DNA of 64,000 bases, taken from the NCBI GenBank assembly GCA_046726415.1, contig JBKPAK010000156.1, positions 25,335 to 89,334 of the forward strand. The letters are read 5' to 3'. Every line of letters begins with the position of its first letter. Positions within the stretch are counted from its first letter, which is position 1. Source of the DNA: Candidatus Methylomirabilota bacterium. GTDB lineage: Bacteria > Methylomirabilota > Methylomirabilia > Rokubacteriales > CSP1-6. This document shows, piece by piece, positions 51,510 through 61,449 of this stretch. The notes beneath the pieces are model-generated. The model was not told the origin of the DNA and ran no database searches. It saw only the letters and a list, made by a program, of their open reading frames with translations. A program made the position numbers and the translations under genes.

Positions 51510-53963
51510 ATGGTACGACCTGCGACGATCGCTCTGCTGGCGGCGGTTGCCTGGTGCGCCAGCGCGGCTTCCCCGGTGTATCCGCCCGACGCAGGGGCCG
51601 AGTCCGACGTGCCCTATCGATCGTTCGGAACGATGCCACCGCGCCGATGGAGTTCCGCTCCACGGGTCTGGTGGTCACCCTCCACGCGGAGCCGTGGCAT
51701 TTCGAGGGTGAGGGATCGGTCCACGGCCAGGCAGGCCGTCGCCGAGTATCCAGCCGAGCGAGGCGGCCGCGGGGGCCGGACGGTCGGCTCACTGGGGTTC
51801 CTGGTCGGTTCGAACACGGCCTCCGGAGCCGGTCAGGCACGCTGGCACCGCGTCACGTCCGTACAGAGCATCGCGACGGACCAGCACACGATCCGAGTCG
51901 TCGCCGCCACCGATGATCCTTCCGGCCGGCGGCTCCATATCGAGGTGGGATTCCCGTCTCCGGCGACCATGACGGTCCAGATCGTTCCCGATCCGACGAC
52001 CGGCGTGATCGAAGTCGCCGAGGGGTTCCGGTCGGAGCCGGACGAGGGCTACTTCGGGCTCGGGGCTCGCTTCGGCCCGCTCGACGCGCGCGGATCAGAG
52101 GTGCATGCCCGCGTACAGGGACAGCTCGACACGATCGACCGCGGGGGCAATCATCTCCCGGTTCCGTTCTTCGTGAGCAGCCGCGCCTGGGGCGTGGCCG
52201 TTCACGGTCCCCAGGAGAGCGTCTTTCAGCTCAACACGGTCCGGCCCGACGCCGCCATCGTGAAGGTCATCGGACAGACGCTCCGCTTCACCCTCTTCAC
52301 GGGTCGCGCCCCGCTCGACGTCGTCGCCGAGCATGCGAGAACCACGGGCCTGCCGCCGCTTCCGCAGCTGTGGGCCTTCGGAGTCTGGAAGACCGTGCTG
52401 GGTGGCGAGGCGCGCGTGCTCGCCGACGTCGAGCGCAGGCGAACCGTCTCCCGGTCACGGCCCTGTGGGCGTATGACCTCGTGGACGAGGCGCGACATCT
52501 CGGCTGGAAGCGCTGGGTCTACTGCGCGGTCCCGCCGGGACCCTATCAGAACCCGCGCGGTCTCATCGCCCGTCTCCGGGGCATGGGCTATCGCACCCTC
52601 GGCTATCTCAGTCCGGAATTCCGCGCAGACGAACCACTCTTTGGCGTGGGGGCCGCGCGCGGGTACTTCGTCCGCGACAAGCAAGGCCGCCCTTATCTGA
52701 CCGGCGGGATGCAGGGATCTCCGGCGGCGTTGCTCGACTTCACGAACCCCGAGGCAGTCCAATGGTGGCAGGGACTGGTGACCTCGGTACTAACCGATCT
52801 CGGGCTCGACGGCTGGATGCAGGATGGCGGAGATTGGGCGCCAGAGGACGGACACTACCACTCGGGTGTGCAGGGCACGGCGGCCAGGAACGGGTACCCC
52901 GGCGCCTACGCGCGCGCCACGCACGAGGCCGCCAAGCGCGTGAGGCCTGACTACGTCAGTTTCATGCGCGCGGGCTTCGCTGGCTCCCAGACCCATGCTC
53001 CGCTGACCTGGCCGTGCGACAACGCCTTCAGCTGGAGCCACCGAAACGGGATGCCCGCGGCCTTGCGCGCCGCCCTGAGCGGCAGCGTGTCGGGATTTCC
53101 CTTCTGGGCGCCGGACATCGGGGGCTACTACGGATGCGGCGACGGCGGAGCCGACGACCAGGAGCTGTGGATCCGCTGGGTGCAACTCGGCGCGCTGCAC
53201 CCGGTGATGCGGGACCACCTCGGAGACAAGTGCCGGGCCGCCATTGACGTCTGGAGCACGCCCGAAACCGTCGCGGCGTTTCGCCAGTACGCGACGCTCC
53301 ATCAGCAGCTGGTTTCGTACCTGTACGGCCTGGCGCGTCAGGCTGTGGAGACCGGCCGACCACTCATGCGGCCGGTGGCGCTCATGAGCCCGAGTGACCG
53401 CCGCGCCGCCCGGGACGAGTTCACCTACCTGCTCGGCGACGACCTGCTCGTGGCCCCCGGTCGTCGAACTCGGAGCCCGGCACCGGTCAGTCTTCCTTCC
53501 CGAGGGCGAATGGGTCGACTGGTGGGAGGGCCTGCGCCACCGTGGGCCGGCCATCGTCACCGTCGCCGCACCGCTTGACCGCATTCCGCTCTTCGTTCGT
53601 GCCGGCGCGATTATCCCGCTGGCAGGCGGTGCCAGTAGTCTCATCCGCGACAGCGGACGCTCGCCGGACCTCCTCACACTCAAGATGCATGCGCCCTCCG
53701 AACTGACCGCCGAGTCCCACACCACCCTGTTTGACGGCAGACGCGTGCGCGTCCGCTTGACGCGGAGCCGCCTGGTCGACGTCGAGCTGACCGGTGGGCC
53801 GAGCCGCCAGCCGTTGCGGCTCGTGGTCGCCGGGGCGCCGGTGCCGGCCAATGTCCGCGTCGCCGTGAGTGGCCTCCTCAATCACGGAGAGCGCTTCGAG
53901 GGCTGGTGGCACGATCCGCAGACGACGGAGACGACGATCGTCGTGCCCGGAGTCCTGGAATGA
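51510..53963 (+). pseudogene. Glycoside hydrolase family 31, frameshifted near 52440 and 53460
   Basis: YFGLGARF, PVPFFVSS, LLDFTNPEAVQWW, GWMQDGG, PDIGGY, YLLGDDLLVAP, IPLFVRAG. Confidence 0.8.
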
Positions 53964-53974
53964 GCCCGGCAGGG

Positions 53975-54772
53975 TCAGAAGCGAGCGGCGAGTGCCTGCA
54001 TCTCGCCCTCCGGCAGCGCGCCCACCAGCGCATAGACGGAGCGCTCGTCCGTCCACAGCACGAGCCCTGTGCGCTCGCTACCGCCAGCGAGGGTGATCCG
54101 CTCGGCACGGGGACGGGGAAGATCGCCACGCAGCGGACGGGTGAGCTGATAGAAGGACAGCGTCCGGTCGCCGTGCAGACGGTACGTCCAGCGGACGCCG
54201 CGCGTAGTGCTGAGCTGGCAAAAGCTCCCTCCGACGAGGGAGGCGGTGCCTGCCTCGAGGCGCGGGGCGTGGCCAAGGCCGCCGATCCGATCGGCGAAAC
54301 GCGTGAGGATCACCGCAGGGTCGCCGGAGAAGACGTCGGCGGGACCGCCCGCGCGATGAAGAGAACCGACGTGGTCGGTCACGAGCTCATGGAGGAGCTG
54401 GGCCCGCGTGCTCGACGACGGCATCCGCTCGAGCCAGACACCGAGCACCAAAATCGCGGCCACGGCGGCGGCGAGCGCGGTCGCCCATCCTGCCGGTCGC
54501 ATCCTCGAGAAACGGCGGTGGCGGGGGCCTCCTGGCTCAGGTGCGCGCTCCGCCTCGAGGCGATCGATCACGCGCGGCCAGAGGTCGGGCGGCGCTCCGG
54601 GCGAAGCGGCGGTCTGCTGGCGCACGAGCGCCTTGACTCGCTGATCGGCCTGCCGCTCGCGCCGGCACGCGGGGCACCGCTCCAGGTGGGCGACCAGATC
54701 GCTGTGCCCGGCCGCGTCCAGCTCGCCGTCCGCGAAGGCGTACAGCGCCAGTCTCGTCTCGTCACATCTCAT
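53975..54772 (-). CDS. Membrane anti-sigma factor with zf-HC2 site
   Basis: MRCDE...FADGEL...HLERCPAC, TM helix. Confidence 0.8.
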   Translation of the reverse strand: MRCDETRLALYAFADGELDAAGHSDLVAHLERCPACRRERQADQRVKALVRQQTAASPGAPPDLWPRVIDRLEAERAPEPGGPRHRRFSRMRPAGWATALAAAVAAILVLGVWLERMPSSSTRAQLLHELVTDHVGSLHRAGGPADVFSGDPAVILTRFADRIGGLGHAPRLEAGTASLVGGSFCQLSTTRGVRWTYRLHGDRTLSFYQLTRPLRGDLPRPRAERITLAGGSERTGLVLWTDERSVYALVGALPEGEMQALAARF

Positions 54773-55330
54773 GGAGTCGTCTCGTCGGGCATCGAGGATC
54801 GCAGTCCAGCACGGCTGACAGGCACCGTCGCAGCGCCTGACGCGCTCGGTACAGACGGGACATGACCGTCCCCACCGGGCACCCCAGGATGTCGGCAATC
54901 TCCTTGTAGGAGAGTCCCTCCACGAAGCTCAGGTAGACGACGGACTGCCACGCCTGGGGCAGGGCGTCGAGCGCCGCCTCGACGGCGCCGGCGGTGGCGC
55001 TCATGGCCGCGTGTGTCTCCGGGTCCGGGGGCCGCCACGTCGTGGCGTCGCCGGTGGCGACGTGGATGGGCCGGATCTCATGGAGCAGTACCTCCACGGG
55101 TCTCCGGATTCCTCGTCGGCGCCAGTCCAGGATCGTGTTGAGGATGCGGAACAGCCACGCCCGGTAGTCCCCGTCCCGCGCTCGAACTGTTCGAAGGCCC
55201 GGTAGGCCTTGAGGCAGGTGTCCTGGACAAGGTCCTCCGCGACTGTGCCGCGTCGCACGCTCCGGACGGCGAAGCGGTACAGGGCGTCCAGGTGGGGACG
55301 CGTCAGCGCCTCGAACTCTTGGTGCGACAT
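54762..55330 (-). pseudogene. ECF sigma factor, frameshifted near 55172
   Basis: AEDLVQDTCLKAY then shifted YRAWLFRI...SYKEIADILGCPVGTVMSRLYRAR. Confidence 0.8.
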
Positions 55331-55341
55331 CGGCCGCCCCG

Positions 55342-55423
55342 TAGAACGTCCCTGGCGGCGATTTATTCCCGGCGCCCCTTCGGCCGTGGTCAAGGGAAAT
55401 GGCCCGGCGCGGTACGCGTTCTA
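55342..55423. promoter_or_regulatory. Divergent pair of ECF promoters (GGAA[TA]...GTTCTA)
   Basis: Minus 55342-55369 just upstream of the sigma gene, plus 55395-55423. Confidence 0.7.
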
Positions 55424-55466
55424 GCCAGAGACATCGATGTGATCTCGGCGCCAGCACGGAGGAGAT

Positions 55467-56479
55467 ATGCGATCAGTGGCCCTGTTCGTAACGGGAGTCC
55501 TCGCCAGCCTGGCCATCGTCCTGGCCATCGGGTGGCCGGATCCAGGTCGGCGGAGGCGGATCTCAGCCGATACAAGGCCAACTTCCAACCCCTCCCCGAC
55601 TCACCCCCGATCCCGCCGGACAACCCGATGACGCCCGAGAAGATCGAGCTCGGGAAGATGCTCTACTTCGACCGGCGCCTCTCCAAGACGGGCGCCACGA
55701 GCTGCGCCTACTGCCACGACCTCGCCTATTACGGCGCGGAGCCCGTGGCCAAATCGCTCGGCATCGAGGGGAAGGCGCACCTGCGCCACTCCCCGACCGT
55801 CCTGAACTCGGGGTTCCTCCGCGGTCAGTTCTGGGATGGTCGCGATCCGGACCTCGAGATTCAGGCGCTGTCGGCCATCAAGTCGTCGGTGGCGATGGGA
55901 GAGGATCCCGCCCGGGCCGCCCAGCGCCTGAACGCCATTCCCGAGTATCGCGATCGCTTCCGGAAGGTCTTCGGCTCTGACGCCACCGCCGAGGCCATCG
56001 GCAAGGCCATTGCCGCCTTCGAGCGGACGCTGAATACGCCGGACTATCCCCTGGCCCGGTACCTGAACGGCGACGACAACGCCCTGTCCGCGGAACAGAA
56101 GAAGGGCATGCAGCTCTTCGTAGACAAGGGGTGCATCGCCTGCCACGGAGGACCGAACTTCTCGCGCGGCACCCTGGCCCGCATCGTCGTGCCGGGCGCG
56201 GCCGACGACTTCGGTCTCATGCGCGCGACCAAGAAGGAGGACGATAAGCACCTCTTCCGCGTGCCGACGCTCCTGAACGTGGCCATGACGGCTCCGTATA
56301 CCCACGCGGGCTCGATCAAGACGCTCGACGAGATGGTGCGCTTCATGGGCCGCGAAGCGGCCCGAACCTCGCTGACCGACGGAGAGGTGAAGCAGATCGT
56401 CGCCTTCCTGCACAGCCTGACCGGTCGGTTGCCGGATATCGGGCCGCCCCCGGTGCTGCCCGTCGCACCGCACGAGTAA
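55467..56479 (+). CDS. Diheme cytochrome c peroxidase (CcP/MauG family), frameshift after signal peptide
   Basis: LGKMLYFDRRLS, SCAYCH, QFWDGR, CIACH, FRVPTLLNVAMTAPYTHAG. Confidence 0.8.
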
Positions 56480-56490
56480 ACCCTCGCCTG

Positions 56491-56523
56491 CTCACGGGGC
56501 GGAGCTGCCTCCGCCCCCGTGAG
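56491..56523 (+). terminator. GC hairpin after the peroxidase gene
   Basis: CTCACGGGGCGGAG-CTGC-CTCCGCCCCCGTGAG. Confidence 0.5.
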
Positions 56524-56646
56524 GCGTCATGACCGGCCGGCTCTCACTTCTTCGCGCCGCAGTCCTGGGCCGCCTTCACCCGGGCGCCCCATCGTCATCG
56601 GTGTCCTTCGAGGAGGACGCCGTCTGGAGCTGAGCGGTCGCGTTCC

Positions 56647-57126
56647 GTGAGGCAGCCCGGTCGCCGACGTGCGCTCGCGGTTGCTGCCTGGCTAGTTTCG
56701 GGAGTCACGGGCGCCATCGTCTTCTGGTTGGTGCAGCTCGCGGCCGGTGAGGGCACGATCCCGCAATTCATCGGCGAGCCGATCGCGAGCGCTGGCGGCT
56801 ACGCCCCCGTTCTGGCTCCGGCGATCGACTGGGCCGTCCACCTTGGCGTCGGTCTCGCCTACGCCGGCTTCTTCGCGCTGATCGCGAGCCTGTTTGCCCG
56901 GGCGAGTTTCCTCGCCCGAGTCACAGCCACACTCGTCCTGGTGATCGGCCTGGGCTGGGTGACGGCCGTGATCGCGCCACCGGCCATTAGCGTGACAGTC
57001 AGCGTCCTCAGTGGACGGGCCTGGCCCTTGGAGCTGTTGCCGCTCAATACAGAGATCGGGCTTCCCCCGTGGAACCACCTCCTGATCTTCTCGCTCTGCT
57101 GGCTCGTCCGGGCGGTCATCTCCTGA
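56647..57126 (+). CDS. Hypothetical membrane protein
   Basis: About four hydrophobic segments with conserved-looking His. Confidence 0.55.
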   Translation: MRQPGRRRALAVAAWLVSGVTGAIVFWLVQLAAGEGTIPQFIGEPIASAGGYAPVLAPAIDWAVHLGVGLAYAGFFALIASLFARASFLARVTATLVLVIGLGWVTAVIAPPAISVTVSVLSGRAWPLELLPLNTEIGLPPWNHLLIFSLCWLVRAVIS

Positions 57127-57227
57127 CGGCTCGTCACCACGGCACATGACGTCAGCCCGGGCTCGTAGCAGACGACGTCGACGGTCGCGAGTGTGGACAG
57201 GGCGGCGATCCAGCGGCGCCGCGCGGG

Positions 57228-57716
57228 TCAGGCGTGTGCCGCCATCCGCTCCTCCAGCACCTCGCGAACATCCGGGGGCATGGCCGTGAGAGCGAGCGCG
57301 ATCAGCACCCCGCCGTCCGCCGCGGGCTCGATGGCGACGACCTTGCCGTAAACCTCGCTGCCCGGGAAGAGGGCGTGGATGTGCACGAAGTCCGCGATAT
57401 CGAACCCATCGTGGTCGATGGCCACGTAGCTGTAGCGGCCGTTGGCCTCGCGTCGCATCACCACGGCGTTGTCCACGCCGAACTCCCGTACGATGCGCTT
57501 GAGATCGGCCAGCACCCGCCGGTAGGCTGGCGTTGCCTTGTGCTCGGGTCGGCTGAGCGTCGTGATGGCGCGGACATCGAGCCAGGCGGCGCCGCGTTCG
57601 GCGAAGAACTCGAGCGTGGCAGCCAGGTTTTGAATCTCGTAGGCGCGACTGTCCCGCTCGTACTGCGCCGCCAGCGGAACGACGGCGATGACGAGGATCG
57701 CCAGGAACAGCGCCAC
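57228..57716 (-). pseudogene. Fragmentary sensor-domain membrane protein
   Basis: TM plus periplasmic-like domain joined to an unrelated-looking tail. Confidence 0.35.
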
Positions 57717-57871
57717 GTTCTTGGTGACGATGGAGCCCAGGATCCTCCCGGGGGCTCCGGGTGCCTTCCCGGGTCGATCCGGCGTGGCTCGGTCGAGGAG
57801 CCTTTCGATGACTCGCCCCCTGCGCCGTGGTGTGCGCCACTTCCTTGGAAGACTCGTGTCCTACGCACACC

Positions 57872-57998
57872 TGAAACGCTTCGACGGCCTGGTTTTATTC
57901 CTGGTACGCACCCGTGGCATGCGTCCTGTCGGCCCGCCCAGGGCCTCGCGTTCAAGGTGACCGGGGGCCGGAATATCTCGCCGGCGTCGCGTGTTCTT
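57872..57998. promoter_or_regulatory. Divergent pair of ECF GGAAT-N18/19-GTT promoters
   Basis: Minus 57872-57901, plus 57970-57998. Confidence 0.6.
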
Positions 57999-58109
57999 GG
58001 TGGCTAAGCGGATGCCCGGCCCCGCACGAAGCGTGACCGAGAGCCAGGAACCACCGAGGCGCCTCGCTCGACCGACTGGACCCCGCTCCGGTACCATCGC
58101 GAGCGGGCG

Positions 58110-58310
58110 GCCTGAGAACGACCGCACAGCCTCAGCGGGGCTTTCACCTGGAGATCGGGAGTAATTGCGTACCGACGTCTTGGGGTCGACAACCACCACC
58201 CCGCGCGGGGCGTCGCGCTCCAGGAGGTCCACCGTGCCCACGAGGTCGCGGTCGAGAACCTCACCCCGTCCGGGTCGGCCAGCGGAACCCGGAAAGGAAG
58301 CCCCGCGTGC
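58110..58310 (-). pseudogene. PD-(D/E)XK nuclease remnant
   Basis: PFRVPLADPDG / DLVGTVDLLERD...VVVDPKTS in broken frames. Confidence 0.45.
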
Positions 58311-58380
58311 TCATCCCTTCCTCCGCGCCGGGCCTGCCCACGGACGGCAGCGGCTACGTCACTGGCCCGCCGGCTGTCGT

Positions 58381-59934
58381 TCATCTGGCCTTGAGCTTCA
58401 CGTCTTCGTAAGGCGCGGAGAACCCGTGCCCGGCGATGAGCCCGAGTCCCGACTCCTCGAGGCGCGGGCCGACGCCGTGGAGAAAGGCGAGCTCCCAGAT
58501 CGGCCCGAACATCGCCCGCTCGTAGACGAGCTGCTGCAACCGGTGAAGGATCACTTCCCGCTTCGTTCGGTCGAGCTCTGCGACCTGCTCCCGGAAAAGG
58601 CCGTCGATGTCCGGATAGCTTCCGTACGCGTAGGTGCTGCCCGAGACGGCGAAGGCCTCCAGGCGGCTCGCGGCGTTCCCGAAGTCGCCGCTGAAGACGT
58701 GAACGATGTTCTTCAACTTCTTCTCCGAGAGCGAGTTGAAGAAGGCCGCCCGCTCGAGCGGACGGAGTCTGAGCCGGATCCCTGCCCCCTTGAGATCGGT
58801 CATCAGGGCCTCGGCCCATGATGTGACCTGTAGGTCACAGAAGTAGTCGCCGGCGTCGAAGCCGTTCGGGTACCCGGCCTCGCCGAGGAGTTGGCGGCCC
58901 CTGGCCGTGTCGTGCGGATAGACAGGCGGTCGCCAGTAGAAATCGAGGCTCGACAGGACGATACTCCCCGTGATCCGCGAGAGTCCGAACGTCGCGGCCT
59001 GGTTGAGGCCCTGGCGGTCCAGCGCCAGGTTGGCGGCGAGGCGGACACGCTTGTCGTGCCAAGGTGACTTCGGATCCCACTGGTCGGCGAAAACCAGGAA
59101 ATGCGTCGAAGGGTACGTGGGCTTCATCGTGAGGCCCGGCGTGCGCCTGAGCTCCTCGCCCAGCTCGCCACTGATGAGATACGCGATATCCACCTCGCCG
59201 CGCTTGAGCGCCGCCAGCCGCGTGGCCGGGTCGGGGATCACCCGCAACACGAGCCGCTTCACGTTCGGCGTCTTGCGCCAGTACTGTTCGAAGGCCTCGA
59301 GCACGAGCTCCACCCCGGGCGTGAACGAGACGAAGCGGTACGGCCCCGCTCCCACCGGCGCCTTCTTGAAGCCGTCCTCGCCAACCTTCTCGACGTACTT
59401 CTTGGGGACAACCCAGCCGGCCCCCGTGGCCCGCGTGCCGTAGATGGTCATGAAGTCGGGCCAGGGCTCCTTGAGCCGGAACCGCACGCGCCTGGGATCC
59501 GGCGTCTCCACCGCCGCCACCTTGTTCTTGAGCGGTTTCGCGAAGATGCCCCGGTAGCGTTCGAACGAGAACTTGACGTCCTCGGACGCGACGGGATCGC
59601 CGTTGTGGAACCTGGCCCCGTCACGCAGGACGAACTCGTAGACGAGCCCATCGGGCGACGCGGTCCACGACTCGGCCAGACTCGGCGCGAGACCCTTTCC
59701 GGGCATGGGCTTCACCACGGCATCGTGCATCGCGTAGAGGATCATGAACACCGTGCCCTGGATTATCTCCGCGGGATCGAACCAGGACGGCACCAGCGAC
59801 GCGTGCGCACCCCACACCACCTGCCCTTCGGGAGCCCCGCTGACCGGGGCGGCAGACGCGAGCGCGACGAGCGGAACGAGGAGCACGATGATCAGGCCGA
59901 GCGATCCATTGACTCGACTCATGGCTGCCCTCAT
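58381..59934 (-). CDS. ABC peptide/nickel substrate-binding protein (family 5)
   Basis: PSLAESW, FHNGDPVASEDVKFSF, PVGAGPYRF, DKRVRLA. Confidence 0.9.
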   Translation of the reverse strand: MRAAMSRVNGSLGLIIVLLVPLVALASAAPVSGAPEGQVVWGAHASLVPSWFDPAEIIQGTVFMILYAMHDAVVKPMPGKGLAPSLAESWTASPDGLVYEFVLRDGARFHNGDPVASEDVKFSFERYRGIFAKPLKNKVAAVETPDPRRVRFRLKEPWPDFMTIYGTRATGAGWVVPKKYVEKVGEDGFKKAPVGAGPYRFVSFTPGVELVLEAFEQYWRKTPNVKRLVLRVIPDPATRLAALKRGEVDIAYLISGELGEELRRTPGLTMKPTYPSTHFLVFADQWDPKSPWHDKRVRLAANLALDRQGLNQAATFGLSRITGSIVLSSLDFYWRPPVYPHDTARGRQLLGEAGYPNGFDAGDYFCDLQVTSWAEALMTDLKGAGIRLRLRPLERAAFFNSLSEKKLKNIVHVFSGDFGNAASRLEAFAVSGSTYAYGSYPDIDGLFREQVAELDRTKREVILHRLQQLVYERAMFGPIWELAFLHGVGPRLEESGLGLIAGHGFSAPYEDVKLKAR

Positions 59935-59997
59935 CGCCCTCGAACCCGAGGGCGCGACCGCACCGGTTGAGAAGGTCTCGGCTCTTGTCCTCAGGCG

Positions 59998-60290
59998 CTA
60001 GTGTTCGAGCTCCGTGCCCATGGCCTCGTTCACGCGGTTGGTGAAGTTCGCGGGATTCGGGTGGCCGCGCGATGGTCGTCGTGGGAACCCCTCAGACGCC
60101 GAGGTAGCGCCAGCGCGTGTCGTAGTCGCGGGCCAGGTCGGCAGAGGGCCCTCCCACCGGATGCTGCCCTTCTGGATGAGGTAGGCTCGCCGCGTGATCT
60201 CGAGTGCGATCTTCACGTTTTGCTCCACGAGGACGATGGCGACGCCCTCTGCTGGATCTTCGTAATGGTGTCGGCGATCGCCAATACCCA
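59998..60290 (-). pseudogene. Mosaic of LivF-type ATPase C-terminus and CMD/AhpD C-terminus remnants
   Basis: IVLVEQNVKIALEITRRAYLIQKG...YLGV; ANFTNRVNEAMGTELE. Confidence 0.55.
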
Positions 60291-60707
60291 TTCGCCGCCC
60301 TCGGCGGCGGGAGCATGCGCTTGACACTGGGAATGATCGGCGGACTCCGGGCCTTTCGTGAGCTTCGCGAGCAGCTCCGACGTCACCCCCGGGAACTGAT
60401 CGAGAACGATGGAGCTCGCGACGACAAGGGCCGCGACGATGAGAAGCGTGAGCGTGACCCTCTCTCCGGCCATGCGGCACGCGAGTTGTTTGCACCGCCC
60501 GCGTTCGCGCGCGTAGAGCACGAAGCCGGTGCCCACGCCGAGGATCCCCGCCGGAATGAGAATCCACCGGTACTGCATGGTCACCGCCATGAAGGCGCCG
60601 CTGCCGAGCCCCAGCACGATGATGGCGAGCGGCAGCAGACAGCAGAGCGACGAGAGCACCGCGCCGGCCCAGGCTGCGACCCCGGCGCCGAACGACCCGG
60701 GTCTCAT
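60213..60707 (-). CDS. MerT-like mercury transporter; C-terminus runs into LivF remnant
   Basis: SSLCCLLP in TM1, QYRW, cytoplasmic CKQLAC, three TM helices. Confidence 0.7.
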   Translation of the reverse strand: MRPGSFGAGVAAWAGAVLSSLCCLLPLAIIVLGLGSGAFMAVTMQYRWILIPAGILGVGTGFVLYARERGRCKQLACRMAGERVTLTLLIVAALVVASSIVLDQFPGVTSELLAKLTKGPESADHSQCQAHAPAAEGGEWVLAIADTITKIQQRASPSSSWSKT

Positions 60708-60913
60708 CGGGATCGGCCTCGCGCAGCCTGGTAGCGATAGGCCGCCAGGGCGACGAAGCCGACGACGAGGGCGAGCAGCACCAGATCCGCCCGGCCGGTC
60801 CACGCGCCAAGACCCACCGCTCCCAGGAGCACGACCGCGGCCGGCGTCAGACAGGCCAGACACGCGAAGATCGCGCCGAGCACGCCCAGGGTGAACCAGC
60901 GATCACGCCACAT
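60704..60913 (-). CDS. MerF-like small transporter
   Basis: ACLACLTPAAVVLLGAVGLGAWTGRADLVLL; ATGA overlap with merT-like gene. Confidence 0.7.
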   Translation of the reverse strand: MWRDRWFTLGVLGAIFACLACLTPAAVVLLGAVGLGAWTGRADLVLLALVVGFVALAAYRYQAARGRSR

Positions 60914-60922
60914 TGGCCCCGC

Positions 60923-61213
60923 CTACAACGCTTCCGCGGCGAACGCCCCGTACTCGAACGTGAGCCGGTATCCGCGGCCGCAACACTCGATGAGGTCGCC
61001 AGCTTGGGCCCCGTCCGGCAGGGTCAGCAGGCCCTCGCAGTCCGGGCAGCTCACGCGATGGGCGAGCGTCGCCACCCACTCGCCCCGCTCTTCCCTGAGC
61101 CGGAGGAGATGACCCGCGCAGTTGGGGCACTCCACCAGACCGCCGGCCCGAGTCGCCTGAGGGAGCTCCACCATCTCGCCACAGTCTGGACAGCGAACCT
61201 TCGTCATCGTCAC
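60923..61213 (-). CDS. Tandem Zn-ribbon (LysW-like fold) protein
   Basis: CPDC, CPNC, CPDC, ECC. Confidence 0.7.
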   Translation of the reverse strand: MTMTKVRCPDCGEMVELPQATRAGGLVECPNCAGHLLRLREERGEWVATLAHRVSCPDCEGLLTLPDGAQAGDLIECCGRGYRLTFEYGAFAAEAL

Positions 61214-61449
61214 ATGCCCAGGAGCCGCTGCAGGCGGCCTCGATCGAATCCCACGATCACTTGGTCGTCGACGGTGATGACCGGCACGGCCATCCGTCCC
61301 GTCTTCGCGACCAGCTCCTCGCGGGCGGCAGGATCCTCGGCCACGTTCTTCGCGCTGAACACCACCCCATGGGACGAAAGAAACTCTTTCGCCGCGTGGC
61401 ACGACTGTCAGGCCGTGGACCAGTACACGGTCACCTGTCGGTTGGCCAT
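61210..61449 (-). CDS. Glutaredoxin/NrdH-like protein, predicted selenoprotein (U14, TGA 61408-61410)
   Basis: [26 protein letters not shown]...AVPVITVDDQVIVGFD; hairpin at 61375-61391; absent from the ORF track. Confidence 0.9.

Noticed and set aside
51510-53963. GH31 as a sulfoquinovosidase fitting the sulfur theme
   Set aside because: The nucleophile context is WMQDGGD rather than WMADFGE, and I see no SQase sulfonate-binding motif.
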